From Bacteriovoracaceae bacterium (lineage in GTDB: Bacteria; Bdellovibrionota; Bacteriovoracia; Bacteriovoracales; Bacteriovoracaceae): DNA of 64,000 bases. A program made the translations under genes and the position numbers. A model generated the notes under the pieces. It made no database searches and was not told where the DNA came from. It saw only the letters and a program-made list of their open reading frames with translations. Position 1 is the stretch's first letter, and every line of letters begins with the position of its first letter. Below are positions 18,063 to 27,048 of this stretch, in pieces. The stretch spans positions 1,696,001 through 1,760,000 of the forward strand of contig JBLWTJ010000001.1 in NCBI GenBank assembly GCA_048270185.1, given 5' to 3'.

Positions 18063-19661
18063 ATGAAATTTAATAACTATCTTTGGGATTTATATAAAAG
18101 CAATTCAAAGTCACTCGAGAATGATAAAGAGCTGCTATTTTCAAATGCGAGCTTTGAAGATGCGAATATCTACTTTACTTGCTTTGAAGCCGACTCTAAC
18201 TATGAGCCATTAAGTAAACCAAAAGAAATTGAGTGCCTAGTAGATTTAGTTCGAGTTATCAAAGATTTTGCAAAAGACGAAGAAGCTACAAGCATAGACG
18301 AAGCTGAAGAAATCTTCCGAGTTATTGCAGATGACAGGATTGACCTCTATTCAGGAGATGACTTCTATCTTCCTGATGAAGATAAAGATAAAAAATATAT
18401 TAGCTATTTGGGCGGTGGAATCGAGCATGAAAGATTCTATCAAACAGACATAATTTCTAATATTGAACATATAACACTAGGGCTACATCAAGCTTATCCG
18501 CAGTTCTTTTTTCCATATCTTTTTGTAAGAGAATTCAATCGACTTAATGAACTGGCCAATTTTTTTGATATCAAACTTCCATCGCTTCCAAAAAAGAGAC
18601 ATAAAAGAGACAGGGCATTCTACTATCTTGAAGTTAATCGAATATTTCAAGATCTAAGGGCCAAGCTAAAATTATCACCTACGGAGTTTAATTTCTTTAT
18701 ATATGACTTTGGATTAAAAAACTTAGAATCACTTAACACACATAGTAAAACCAAAGAAAATTTACCGAATCCTTCTAGGGCATGGCTCATTATTGGATAT
18801 GGTACAGGTATAGATGCTGAATTTTTAAATAATCTAAATGAAGAAACTGTAACACAATGGCAAGGAAAGATAGAAATGCGTGTAGGTGATATTGTACTTA
18901 TGTACCAACGTAATCCAAAAAGTAGCCTCCACTCTATTTGGCGAGTTGTTGAATCTGGCTTTAATGATCCATACGCATTCCACTATGCTCAAACAAAGAT
19001 TGGGTATCCAATTGAAATACCAAAGATTACATTTAAAGAAATAAGAGAAAATGAAATACTAGGCTTAATGCCAATAGTTAAGGCCTCATTTCAGGGTGCG
19101 ACAGGATCAACATTTTCTCTTAGCGAGTATAATGAAGTATTGAAATTAATTAATTCAAAAAATCCAAATATTAGAAACCTACCTCACTTACCAATTGTTG
19201 AAGAACTTAAGAATATAGAGATTTCTAACGAGAGAGATGTAGAAATAAACTTACTTGAGCCACTTCTTGAAAAGCTTGGTTTCGCGAATAATGAATGGAT
19301 CAGGCAATTTCCAGTAAGAATGGGAAGAGGTCAAAGAAACTATCCTGACTACGTTTATGGCGGTGACCCTACTCATGGCGAAGAAACAGCAAAGGCCTTA
19401 ATTGAATGTAAATATCACATAGATAGAGATGCAACTCTTACAGATACTTTTAAGCAAGCAAAATCTTACGCTCTGAGACTTAGAGCAAAGCTTTTTGCAT
19501 TAGCAGACAAGCAAGGTATTTGGATATTCAGATATGTTAATGATGACTTTAATCGAGATGTATTTGAATATATGAGCTGGGTTGAACTTCTTCATCATGA
19601 AAAACTACATGAGTTATCCTTGTTTATCGGAAAAGAGTTTATTGAGGATCATTGTCCTTAG
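18063..19661 (+). CDS. Putative restriction endonuclease: central EVE/PUA-like domain + C-terminal HsdR_N-like PD-(D/E)xK nuclease
   Basis: RAWLII...TQWQG...MRVGDIVLMYQ..P.S (EVE-like); ERDVE..LLEPLL..LG...YPDY...LIECKY...QAKSYA (nuclease). ATG 18063 follows GAGGTG. Confidence 0.75.
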   Translation: MKFNNYLWDLYKSNSKSLENDKELLFSNASFEDANIYFTCFEADSNYEPLSKPKEIECLVDLVRVIKDFAKDEEATSIDEAEEIFRVIADDRIDLYSGDDFYLPDEDKDKKYISYLGGGIEHERFYQTDIISNIEHITLGLHQAYPQFFFPYLFVREFNRLNELANFFDIKLPSLPKKRHKRDRAFYYLEVNRIFQDLRAKLKLSPTEFNFFIYDFGLKNLESLNTHSKTKENLPNPSRAWLIIGYGTGIDAEFLNNLNEETVTQWQGKIEMRVGDIVLMYQRNPKSSLHSIWRVVESGFNDPYAFHYAQTKIGYPIEIPKITFKEIRENEILGLMPIVKASFQGATGSTFSLSEYNEVLKLINSKNPNIRNLPHLPIVEELKNIEISNERDVEINLLEPLLEKLGFANNEWIRQFPVRMGRGQRNYPDYVYGGDPTHGEETAKALIECKYHIDRDATLTDTFKQAKSYALRLRAKLFALADKQGIWIFRYVNDDFNRDVFEYMSWVELLHHEKLHELSLFIGKEFIEDHCP

Positions 19662-20148
19662 TATCTACAAAATGAATGACAATTTCATCATTTTCCTCTT
19701 CTTCACTAATACTATCGAAAGATGAGCCATCACTCTTATCTCCCCATTTCTCAGGTGAGCGTCTACTTAATCGGTATGCTGATGCTTTCCAGTCAGGCTT
19801 CACAAGATATGAAGATACGACAGGATATCCCAACTCATCTAGTATTGGTTCGCCATTATCATCTAGCTTATACGACTTAGGTATTCCAAATGCCGCTTGG
19901 TTGATAACACCTAAGTGCCTTACTTCATCCTCTGCAATAGCAAGCCGTATCGCGTCCGATAATTTCACACATCTAGGGTTTGCATCTTCACTTTTAGCAT
20001 CTCTCAACCAACGATATAAAGTAGACTTACTAACTCCAACCAGTGCCGCGGCTGTTTCGATAAATGCTCCATGCTTTATTGCTGCATATATTTCAGAAAT
20101 CAGTTTATCTGTTAGTTTTGGTGATGAGTTCTTAGGGTATCTAGCCAT
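19639..20148 (-). CDS. Terminase small subunit-like HTH protein
   Basis: KLT...I..AI..G...ETAA..VGVSKSTLYRWL, then DWKASAYRLSRR.PEKWG and an acidic tail ending IVIHFVD; AGGAG RBS. Confidence 0.6.
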   Translation of the reverse strand: MARYPKNSSPKLTDKLISEIYAAIKHGAFIETAAALVGVSKSTLYRWLRDAKSEDANPRCVKLSDAIRLAIAEDEVRHLGVINQAAFGIPKSYKLDDNGEPILDELGYPVVSSYLVKPDWKASAYRLSRRSPEKWGDKSDGSSFDSISEEEENDEIVIHFVDTKDNDPQ

Positions 20149-20261
20149 TTATATTCTCCTATATAGAGATTCTAGCAATGAGCCTATTGCCTATAAATAC
20201 ACCATGTGTTTTAACTATTTACGAATATGTATAAGTATCTATAGAAATTGAGAATTAAATA

Positions 20262-20855
20262 ATGCAAGAAGAATCATCAATCGATCAAATACCTCGAAAA
20301 CTACATAAAGAACTCATGCGAGTACATAACACAGCTCTTCTTCTAAGATACGACAAAGAAATACTATACCTTGAGAATGAATTGGAAATATCAAACCAGC
20401 TTCTAAAGACAATAAATAAGTCTGTTGGTGAAAAGTCTAATGTAAACTTAGGTAAATCAATAGGAGATAGTCTAATTAGAGGGTCATACCTAAACACTAA
20501 CTTTAATAAAGTTCAAATTAAAAAGTCTATAGAACAGGATAAAAAAGAACTAAAATCTGGAATGAAGAACATAAAAGACTATATTGAAAAACTTCACACT
20601 GATAAAGAAGTTGGACTCTTTTATCAAGAAATTAAAAACTCTAAGACTAGTAAGCCAGTTGACTTACTCTGTACAAGAATTATATTCTTACTTTATCAAG
20701 AACTTAAAAGTGCAAACAAGGTCCATAGCTATCTTTTAAAACATACTGCTATACTTGAAGACTTATCCCCTATTCCTTCAATTAGATCCATTTCTAATCG
20801 AGTCAGAAACTATAAGAAAAAGTATCATACATATTTTGAATCAATACACGATTGA
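20262..20855 (+). CDS. Hypothetical protein, possibly a C-terminal helical DNA-binding domain
   Basis: 197-aa ORF inside the island; no family recognised. Confidence 0.6.
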   Translation: MQEESSIDQIPRKLHKELMRVHNTALLLRYDKEILYLENELEISNQLLKTINKSVGEKSNVNLGKSIGDSLIRGSYLNTNFNKVQIKKSIEQDKKELKSGMKNIKDYIEKLHTDKEVGLFYQEIKNSKTSKPVDLLCTRIIFLLYQELKSANKVHSYLLKHTAILEDLSPIPSIRSISNRVRNYKKKYHTYFESIHD

Positions 20856-20910
20856 CAATTTTTACACAAAATACTCATCAAACGTGAATATCCACTCTCC
20901 TTAATAAAAA

Positions 20911-20950
20911 GTTACTGTGAATACAGTTTTACATAATCGTAAACAGTAAC
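20911..20950. promoter_or_regulatory. Nested inverted repeats upstream of the xis-rep-xis-int operon
   Basis: GTTACTGT(20911)...ACAGTAAC(20943); inner ACTGT-gaat-ACAGT. Confidence 0.45.
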
Positions 20951-20974
20951 AACTATAAACAGGGAGAATAATCA

Positions 20975-21151
20975 GTGAAATCAAATGACGACTATCTAAT
21001 GACCACCAAAGAGCTTGCCAAGAAGCTAAGCGTAAAGGTTTCCTATATTAGATATCTGAAGATGAATAATCGAATTCCTTATATCAAAATTGGTAAACTG
21101 ATACGTTACTCAAGCAAAGAAATAGCCGTATGGCTCAATAACCAAAACTAG
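20975..21151 (+). CDS. 58-aa excisionase/AlpA-like HTH_17 protein, absent from the ORF track
   Basis: GTG start after GGGAG; MKSNDDYLMTTKELAKKLSVKVSYIRYLKMNNRIPYIKIGKLIRYSSKEIAVWLNNQN. Confidence 0.85.
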   Translation: MKSNDDYLMTTKELAKKLSVKVSYIRYLKMNNRIPYIKIGKLIRYSSKEIAVWLNNQN

Positions 21152-21207
21152 AAACTAAACAACATGCAAAAAAGAACAATGCTCGAATTTCGAGTAAAGG
21201 AGTCACT

Positions 21208-22155
21208 ATGTCAATTTCTCTAAAAAATATAAGAGAAAACAAAAAACAATCTGAAGATACAGTACTTCCCTTATTAAGTGGGAAAGTAGAATCAATTTGT
21301 ATAAATCCAAGTGAAATTAATACAGGAATAGATAGAATAGAAGGAAACCTAACCCATCTCAGTATAGCCGACATTAGAAAGCTTAGAGAAGTAGACAAGT
21401 GCCCTGTAGAGAAGCATATCAAAGGCCTAGGCTACATACGTTCGTTTAAATTAAAGTTAATCACACTTAATCTCTGCTATATGAAACAGACACATATATT
21501 GCCATATAAGTTTTACTTTAATCTTAATCACTCAAATGACATAAATATACAGTTACAAGATTTAATCAACCACTTCAAAACAGCCCTAGATAAATCAAGA
21601 ATTGTTAGAGTCGACTTGAATGCTGACTTTAAGTCGTCAATTCAAAACATGTTAATTAACCTACAGGTGAAAAATAAACAGATGTCAAAAGAATATAGGT
21701 GCACGCATAACAATATTGAAGGTAAATCTTGGGGAAAAGATGATGAAATCATAAGAATATATACATATGAAAATAATGAAGATGAGCCTATTACTCGTCT
21801 TGAAGTTCAAATCAGGAATAAGAAGCTCCCAAGAGATAGAAGTTTTTCAAATATACTTAAGTGGTTAAAGACTAATACTTTCTTTGAATCCATACAATTT
21901 TGGAACATCAATGGAATCAACAGTACTCCATTTAAAAAAATTAAACAGCTTGATTTTTATAGGTACTACGTAAAGTTTTTTAATCTTATAAATCTACAAA
22001 CACTTGGTTTTACAGAAGCAAGAAGTAGGTCAAAAGAACCAAAGAACTTCATGAGGAGTCTTCGGAGACACTTAAAAATAGAAAAATCTGACATCTCATT
22101 AATGAAAATATTTCGCCATCAGGTGACAAGTCAGCTGGGATCAAAGTATGAATAA
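21208..22155 (+). CDS. Rep_trans-like rolling-circle replication initiator/relaxase
   Basis: RVDLNAD, IRIY (candidate catalytic Tyr) and RLEVQIR occur in the order seen in pT181 RepC/MOBT proteins; AAGGAG RBS. Confidence 0.65.
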   Translation: MSISLKNIRENKKQSEDTVLPLLSGKVESICINPSEINTGIDRIEGNLTHLSIADIRKLREVDKCPVEKHIKGLGYIRSFKLKLITLNLCYMKQTHILPYKFYFNLNHSNDINIQLQDLINHFKTALDKSRIVRVDLNADFKSSIQNMLINLQVKNKQMSKEYRCTHNNIEGKSWGKDDEIIRIYTYENNEDEPITRLEVQIRNKKLPRDRSFSNILKWLKTNTFFESIQFWNINGINSTPFKKIKQLDFYRYYVKFFNLINLQTLGFTEARSRSKEPKNFMRSLRRHLKIEKSDISLMKIFRHQVTSQLGSKYE

Positions 22156-22336
22156 TCAGCTCTTTAACAAACGAATATGGAAAATAAAAGATGTAGCTGA
22201 GTATCTACAATGTTCAGTAGGAACTATCTACAACAAGACGAGTAAAGGTGAAATACCATTCTTTAAGAAAGGAAAATCTTTATACTTTTCCCCAGAAGAA
22301 ATTGAAAACTGGGTACAGGAGGGAAACCTTGAATAA
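22148..22336 (+). CDS. Excisionase-like HTH_17 protein
   Basis: WKIKDVAEYLQCSVGTIYN....EIPF.K.G..LYF..EEI..W. Confidence 0.9.
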   Translation: MNNQLFNKRIWKIKDVAEYLQCSVGTIYNKTSKGEIPFFKKGKSLYFSPEEIENWVQEGNLE

Positions 22337-23474
22337 GTATAAAAAACTCAAACATCATACTGGAATTAGAAAAGTATTATCTAGCGGTAACTATGAAGCT
22401 TCAAAAAAGATTAAAGGAAAGACTTACTCTCAAACCTTTAAGACTATAAGACAAGCTCAGCACTGGAGAAACACTTATAACCCTTTCTTAAGCTTTACAC
22501 CTGAGACTAACGGCATGAAGTTCAAGGAGCTATGGGAAAAATATGAGGAAGCCTACTTCCCAGAAATTGAAAAATCATCGCAAGGAATCAAGAAACAAAG
22601 GATTAAAGTTTTCAAACACCATTTAGATGATATCTCTGTATATGAAGTAACTCCTGAGTATATAGATCATATAGTTAAGCTAGAGAAAAAACTTGCTATC
22701 AGTAACCCAAATAGTAAAAGGTGTAACTTCAAAAGTAGTCTAGATGAAGTTAAGGCTGCATTTAACTGGTATCGTGAAAACTATGACTATCAATTCCATA
22801 GTCCAGTATTAAAAAGGCATTACACTATTGGAATTATCAGAAAAACTGAGAAAAGAGAGAGAATCTTAACTAAGGATCAAGTTGTTAGATTCTTTAAAGC
22901 GATAGACAATCCTTTATTTCAAGATTTTGCAATTATTCAATTCTTTTGTGCTTCGCGATTTGGAGAAGTAGCAGGAATACAAATAAAAAACATAGACTTT
23001 GAAACAGATTCTCTATTAATAAAGGAAGTTGTAGTTGAAGATCAAAGTAAAAAGTTTCTAGAACTAAAACCATACCCTAAAAATGGGCACGCTAGAGTTG
23101 TAGCAATTACTTCAGCTATTTTCAAAGCTGCTATTCAGAGAAGAATGGCTGATAGAGTAAAAGGATCAAACTACTTAATACATAGAAATGGCAATCCCAT
23201 GAGCTATCGTTCAGTTCAATTCCAATATAACAAAGCTTTAAAAAAGGCTGGATTACACCCAGAGTTTAGCTCTACACATATCTTAAGATATTCAATGGCT
23301 TCAGAGTCAAGACGTATAATGGGCTCTCTAGATGCTGCACAGGCTATTACTGGCCACAAGTCGATTAAGATGATTGAACACTATGCAAGAGTACCAACTA
23401 TGCTTCAAGGTGAGACTATTTCTAAAGTGAGTTTTGAAATTGAAAATACTTGGAAAAGCATACAAAAGCCTAAT
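22329..23474 (+). CDS. int: Tyrosine recombinase/integrase
   Basis: R (ASRFGE), K (PKNG), HILR, GHKS, HY catalytic set; likely TTG start at 22329 overlapping the xis stop; end placed at the TAA just after ...QKP/N (track gives 23477). Confidence 0.93.
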
Positions 23475-23561
23475 TAAGCTGGGAAAGGCTGGGATTATAA
23501 AATAAATATCAAAGGAGAATTTAGTAAACTATTAAAAACACTGAAGAAATTAAAGTTTATA

Positions 23562-23585
23562 AAAAAGAATGGTCGGAGCGAGAGG
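23562..23585. repeat. att core, tRNA-proximal copy
   Basis: Identical to 14666-14689; overlaps the tRNA 3' end. Confidence 0.95.
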
Positions 23586-23646
23586 ATTTGAACCTCCGAC
23601 CCCTTGCTCCCAAAGCAAGTGCGCTACCAAACTGCGCTACGCTCCG
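23570..23646 (-). tRNA. tRNA-Pro (anticodon TGG)
   Basis: CGGAGCG...CGCTCCG-ACCA acceptor stem; anticodon arm CTTGC-TTTGGGA-GCAAG; GGTTCAAATCC T-arm; 77 nt. Confidence 0.98.
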
Positions 23647-23666
23647 ATTCAGATTTTGGTAGGGTA

Positions 23667-23695
23667 TTTATAAGTGATCTAAAGCTTTTTGGCAA
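23667..23695 (-). promoter_or_regulatory. Sigma70-type promoter for tRNA-Pro
   Basis: TTGCCA-N17-TATAAA. Confidence 0.55.
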
Positions 23696-23719
23696 CCTAG
23701 AATTTCAAAGATATGAAAC

Positions 23720-24301
23720 TTATTTAAGCTCACTAAAAAACTTGATGGCACTGGCCACGGCCTTAGCACGGTGTGAATTCTCATTTTTCCACTCTTCCAG
23801 CTGCGCTACAGTGGTATCAGCAAAGGCTTTCGGGCAAAACACAGGGTCATATCCAAAGCCACCATCACCTTCATAACTATCTGAAATCTCACCTTCCATA
23901 CGTCCCTCAAAAAAATATATTTCCTCAGGACTTAAGTAGAAACAAAGGACACAAGTAAAATAAGCGTCGCGATTATTCTCTCCTTCAAGCTTTTTTAGAA
24001 GAAGTTCAGCGCGCTGACGATCAGTTAGGTTCTCGCCACCAAAGCGGGCCGAGTAAATACCTAACTCATCAGGAAGAACCTCAACATTTAAGCCAGAGTC
24101 GTCGGCAACAACCGGAGTTTTAAACTCTTCATAATAGGCTTGTGCTTTTTTTAGAGCGTTTTCTTGGTAGGTATTCCCATCTTCAACGACTTCAAGTTTC
24201 TTGGATGCGGCCTTGATTGTAATATTCGTATCCTTAAAAAGAATTGCGAACTCTTCGGCCTTGTGAGCATTTCCAGTTGCTAGAATAAAGTCGTGTTTCA
24301 T
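23720..24301 (-). CDS. rdgB: Non-canonical purine NTP pyrophosphatase (RdgB/HAM1)
   Basis: ATGNAHK, ADDSGL, GFGYDPVF, SHR; directly after rph. Confidence 0.95.
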   Translation of the reverse strand: MKHDFILATGNAHKAEEFAILFKDTNITIKAASKKLEVVEDGNTYQENALKKAQAYYEEFKTPVVADDSGLNVEVLPDELGIYSARFGGENLTDRQRAELLLKKLEGENNRDAYFTCVLCFYLSPEEIYFFEGRMEGEISDSYEGDGGFGYDPVFCPKAFADTTVAQLEEWKNENSHRAKAVASAIKFFSELK

Positions 24302-24307
24302 TATAAC

Positions 24308-25015
24308 CTACTTACCGAGAGCTTCTTTTTGTTTTGTGAATACAACTTTCAGTGACTCAGCAGCACAATCTAATAAAGCATCCATTTGCTCACGAGAAAA
24401 GGCCATTCCTTCCGCTGTTCCTTGAACTTCGATGAATTTTCCAGACTCAGTCATGACAATATTCATATCAGTTTCACAACTTGAATCTTCTTCATAATTA
24501 AGGTCAGCAATAATCTTACCTTCTTTATTAATTCCACAGCTAATTGCTGCAAGAGGCTCAATAAGAGGGCTTTCAGAAAGGTCACCACTAACAATTAGAC
24601 TTTGAATTGCAAGTTCAAGGGCAACGAATGCTCCAGAGATTGAAGTTGTACGAGTCCCACCATCTGCAACCATAACGTCACAATCAAGGGTAATCATTCT
24701 CTCACCTAGTTTTTCCATATCGACAACAGCTCTTAGGCTTCGTCCAATAAGTCTTTGAATCTCTTGGGTTCTTCCACCAACTTTTGAACGCTCTCTTCGA
24801 GAACGAGTATGAGTTGAACTTGGAAGCATTGAATATTCAGCAGTCACCCACCCCTTACCTGTTCCTCTCATCCAAGGTGGAACACCATCTTCAATAGATG
24901 CCGTGATATGAACTTTTGTATTACCAAATTCGGCAAGAACACTTCCCGCTGCATATGGGTTAATATTAATTGAAAATTTTACTTCTCTTGGAGTCGAGCG
25001 CTCGATTAATGACAT
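24308..25015 (-). CDS. rph: Ribonuclease PH
   Basis: GWVTAEYSMLP, EIQRLIGRSLR, ADGGTRT, EVQGTAE. Confidence 0.97.
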   Translation of the reverse strand: MSLIERSTPREVKFSININPYAAGSVLAEFGNTKVHITASIEDGVPPWMRGTGKGWVTAEYSMLPSSTHTRSRRERSKVGGRTQEIQRLIGRSLRAVVDMEKLGERMITLDCDVMVADGGTRTTSISGAFVALELAIQSLIVSGDLSESPLIEPLAAISCGINKEGKIIADLNYEEDSSCETDMNIVMTESGKFIEVQGTAEGMAFSREQMDALLDCAAESLKVVFTKQKEALGK

Positions 25016-25059
25016 ATTGAATACCTCTGAATTTATTAGTATTCTTCGATAATAACATA

Positions 25060-25737
25060 ATGAGAAAATCTATGAAACATATTCATTTTAAGGAAATTGA
25101 TTCAACGCAAACGAAAGCTACTGAGCTGGCCAAAGAAAACAATGAAGTTTTAGTAACTGCGCAGAAACAGATTAAAGGTCGAGGCCGCCGCGATAATCAG
25201 TGGCTTGATCTCGACAATAGTCTCGCCATGTCCATGAAACTCGTACCAGGTGATAAACCAACACTCCTTGCACTCGAAGTGGCCGTTCTCTTAGCTGAAT
25301 ATTTTCACAAAGATGATCTAGTTCTAAAATGGCCAAATGATATTTACAACCGACAAGGTCAAAAAGTGGCAGGTATCCTTGTAACTAAAAATGATGAAAA
25401 CTATATTGTTGGAATCGGCATCAACTTTGGCCCGGACGATAATATTAAAGACAAGAAATTTGGCCAACTAGAATCAGGCTATGCTCTTTCTCCAAAGGAG
25501 TATGAAAGTATTCCTAAAGATATTTATCAGTATATTAAATCTCGTCGTTTGAATGATTCACAAATAATCACCAAGTGGAATGATCGATGCTTTCATCTTA
25601 ATCAAAATTGTAAAATTATTGATGATAACGAGATTCTCGAAGGTCTATTTAAAGGGATTGGACAATTTGGAGAAGCTTTAATTGAGATGGAAGGAAAAGT
25701 TGAGAAAGCCTATACAGGCTCTCTCCTATTTGAATAA
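25060..25737 (+). CDS. birA: Biotin-[acetyl-CoA-carboxylase] ligase (no N-terminal HTH)
   Basis: DSTQ, Q.KGRGRR, LKWPND, KVAGIL. Confidence 0.92.
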   Translation: MRKSMKHIHFKEIDSTQTKATELAKENNEVLVTAQKQIKGRGRRDNQWLDLDNSLAMSMKLVPGDKPTLLALEVAVLLAEYFHKDDLVLKWPNDIYNRQGQKVAGILVTKNDENYIVGIGINFGPDDNIKDKKFGQLESGYALSPKEYESIPKDIYQYIKSRRLNDSQIITKWNDRCFHLNQNCKIIDDNEILEGLFKGIGQFGEALIEMEGKVEKAYTGSLLFE

Positions 25738-25738
25738 T

Positions 25739-26971
25739 TTATTCTGAAATTGAAGTTAGAACTTGTTTACTGATATTCTTTAATTCTTTTTTAATTAAAT
25801 TTTCAGCTAGATCTGGAACAATTTCCCAAATGATTTTCTCAATATTTTGCTCACAGTATTCACGTGCATACTTTTCAATAACTGGACCAATTTCACTTCT
25901 TAAATCATTCTTCAAAGCTTCCATGTCAAGTGCTGGAGCTTTAACTGCTGATTTAATATGAGCAGTTGTCTTTGTACTTCCAAATGAAAAATCATCATTC
26001 ATACTTTGATTATTTGAAATATCAATTTCGTGCTCATCTTCTGTTTCAGAAGAAAAAGTTTGTGACATATCTTCATCTACATCCCAAAGATTATCATCAG
26101 AAATCTCTTCAAAGTCGTCTGAATCATCTTCAAAAGTACTTAGAGCTTCCATCGGTACTTCTTCCATTTCATCTAATTCATCGATATTAGACTGGGCCGG
26201 TATTTCAAAATCTTCATCTAGTTCATCGTCAAGATTACCGACAAAACTGCTAACATCTAAAACAGAAGTTGGAGATTCTGGACCTTCTTCAAATTCGTCT
26301 TGAGTATCAATCTCTTCGCTAGCTTCAATAACAGGTGGTAGCGTATCGAAATTCCCCGTGACGTCACTTCCCTTAAGGTTCGTTGGATCAAATCCCCAAC
26401 CATCAAGCTCTGACTCAAGATTATTATCTTCATCTTTAAGTGGTGCATGATCACTTAAATCAAATTCAACTGTTTTATCGTCTTCATGATCATGATCTTC
26501 TTCAGAAGGAGCTTCTGCTTGAACCAAAGAACTATCAACATCCCAACCAGAGAAATTATCATCTTCAGCTTCATTGGAATCTTCGTTTGGATAATCTTCT
26601 TGAGAAATTGATTGAACTTCACTTCCGATCATATCATTGCAAAGTGAAATGAATTTTTCTGTTTCAAAAGGCTTTACAACTTTGTCAGAAAAGCCACTAT
26701 TACGAAGCTTCGTTTCATCAACGATATCGAATGTACCGAGTAAAGCCAAGATAGGAGTATTTGGAAACTTTTCTCTCGTTCTTTGCCCAAGAGCATAACC
26801 ATCATCAGATAGGCCAAAATCAAGAAGAATCAAATCAAAGCTATCTTCAGCATTGAATAACTCTGATTCATCCAATACTGGAGTGATATCAAAATCTTGA
26901 TTTGCGAATGTAATTTTTATTACTTTTTGAATTGTCTGACTATCGTCAGCAACTAATACCTTTCTACTCAT
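25739..26971 (-). CDS. romR: RomR-like polarity response regulator (receiver, acidic linker, conserved C-terminal helix)
   Basis: VLVADDS.TIQKVI, LLD and KPF receiver motifs; C-terminal IEKIIWEIVPDLAENLIKKEL; ATG 26971 after GAGG. Confidence 0.8.
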   Translation of the reverse strand: MSRKVLVADDSQTIQKVIKITFANQDFDITPVLDESELFNAEDSFDLILLDFGLSDDGYALGQRTREKFPNTPILALLGTFDIVDETKLRNSGFSDKVVKPFETEKFISLCNDMIGSEVQSISQEDYPNEDSNEAEDDNFSGWDVDSSLVQAEAPSEEDHDHEDDKTVEFDLSDHAPLKDEDNNLESELDGWGFDPTNLKGSDVTGNFDTLPPVIEASEEIDTQDEFEEGPESPTSVLDVSSFVGNLDDELDEDFEIPAQSNIDELDEMEEVPMEALSTFEDDSDDFEEISDDNLWDVDEDMSQTFSSETEDEHEIDISNNQSMNDDFSFGSTKTTAHIKSAVKAPALDMEALKNDLRSEIGPVIEKYAREYCEQNIEKIIWEIVPDLAENLIKKELKNISKQVLTSISE

Positions 26972-27048
26972 ATAAAACCTCAATATATTGTTACGCAAAA
27001 AATCCAGCTAAGCAAGCATGAGTTTGCGATTGAGAGGTCCTAATTACT

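Larger units (their letters stand above)
14666..23585. mobile_element. tRNA-Pro-integrated genomic island, phage-satellite/IME-like (~8.9 kb)
   Basis: Exact 24-bp direct repeat at both ends containing the tRNA 3' end; integrase next to the tRNA; xis, rep, terS-like and defence-type genes; visibly more AT-rich than the flanks. Confidence 0.93.

Noticed and set aside
19639..20148. IS630/IS3 transposase fragment
   Set aside because: Only the HTH is similar; no DDE domain or terminal inverted repeats, and the C-terminal motif fits TerS-like proteins better
19676..20251. 191-aa plus-strand ORF
   Set aside because: Antisense shadow of the TerS-like gene; Ser-rich, no motif or RBS
14666..23585. 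Complete prophage or ICE
   Set aside because: No capsid, portal, large terminase, tail, lysis or T4SS genes
23604..23876. 90-aa ORF
   Set aside because: Antisense to tRNA-Pro and rdgB
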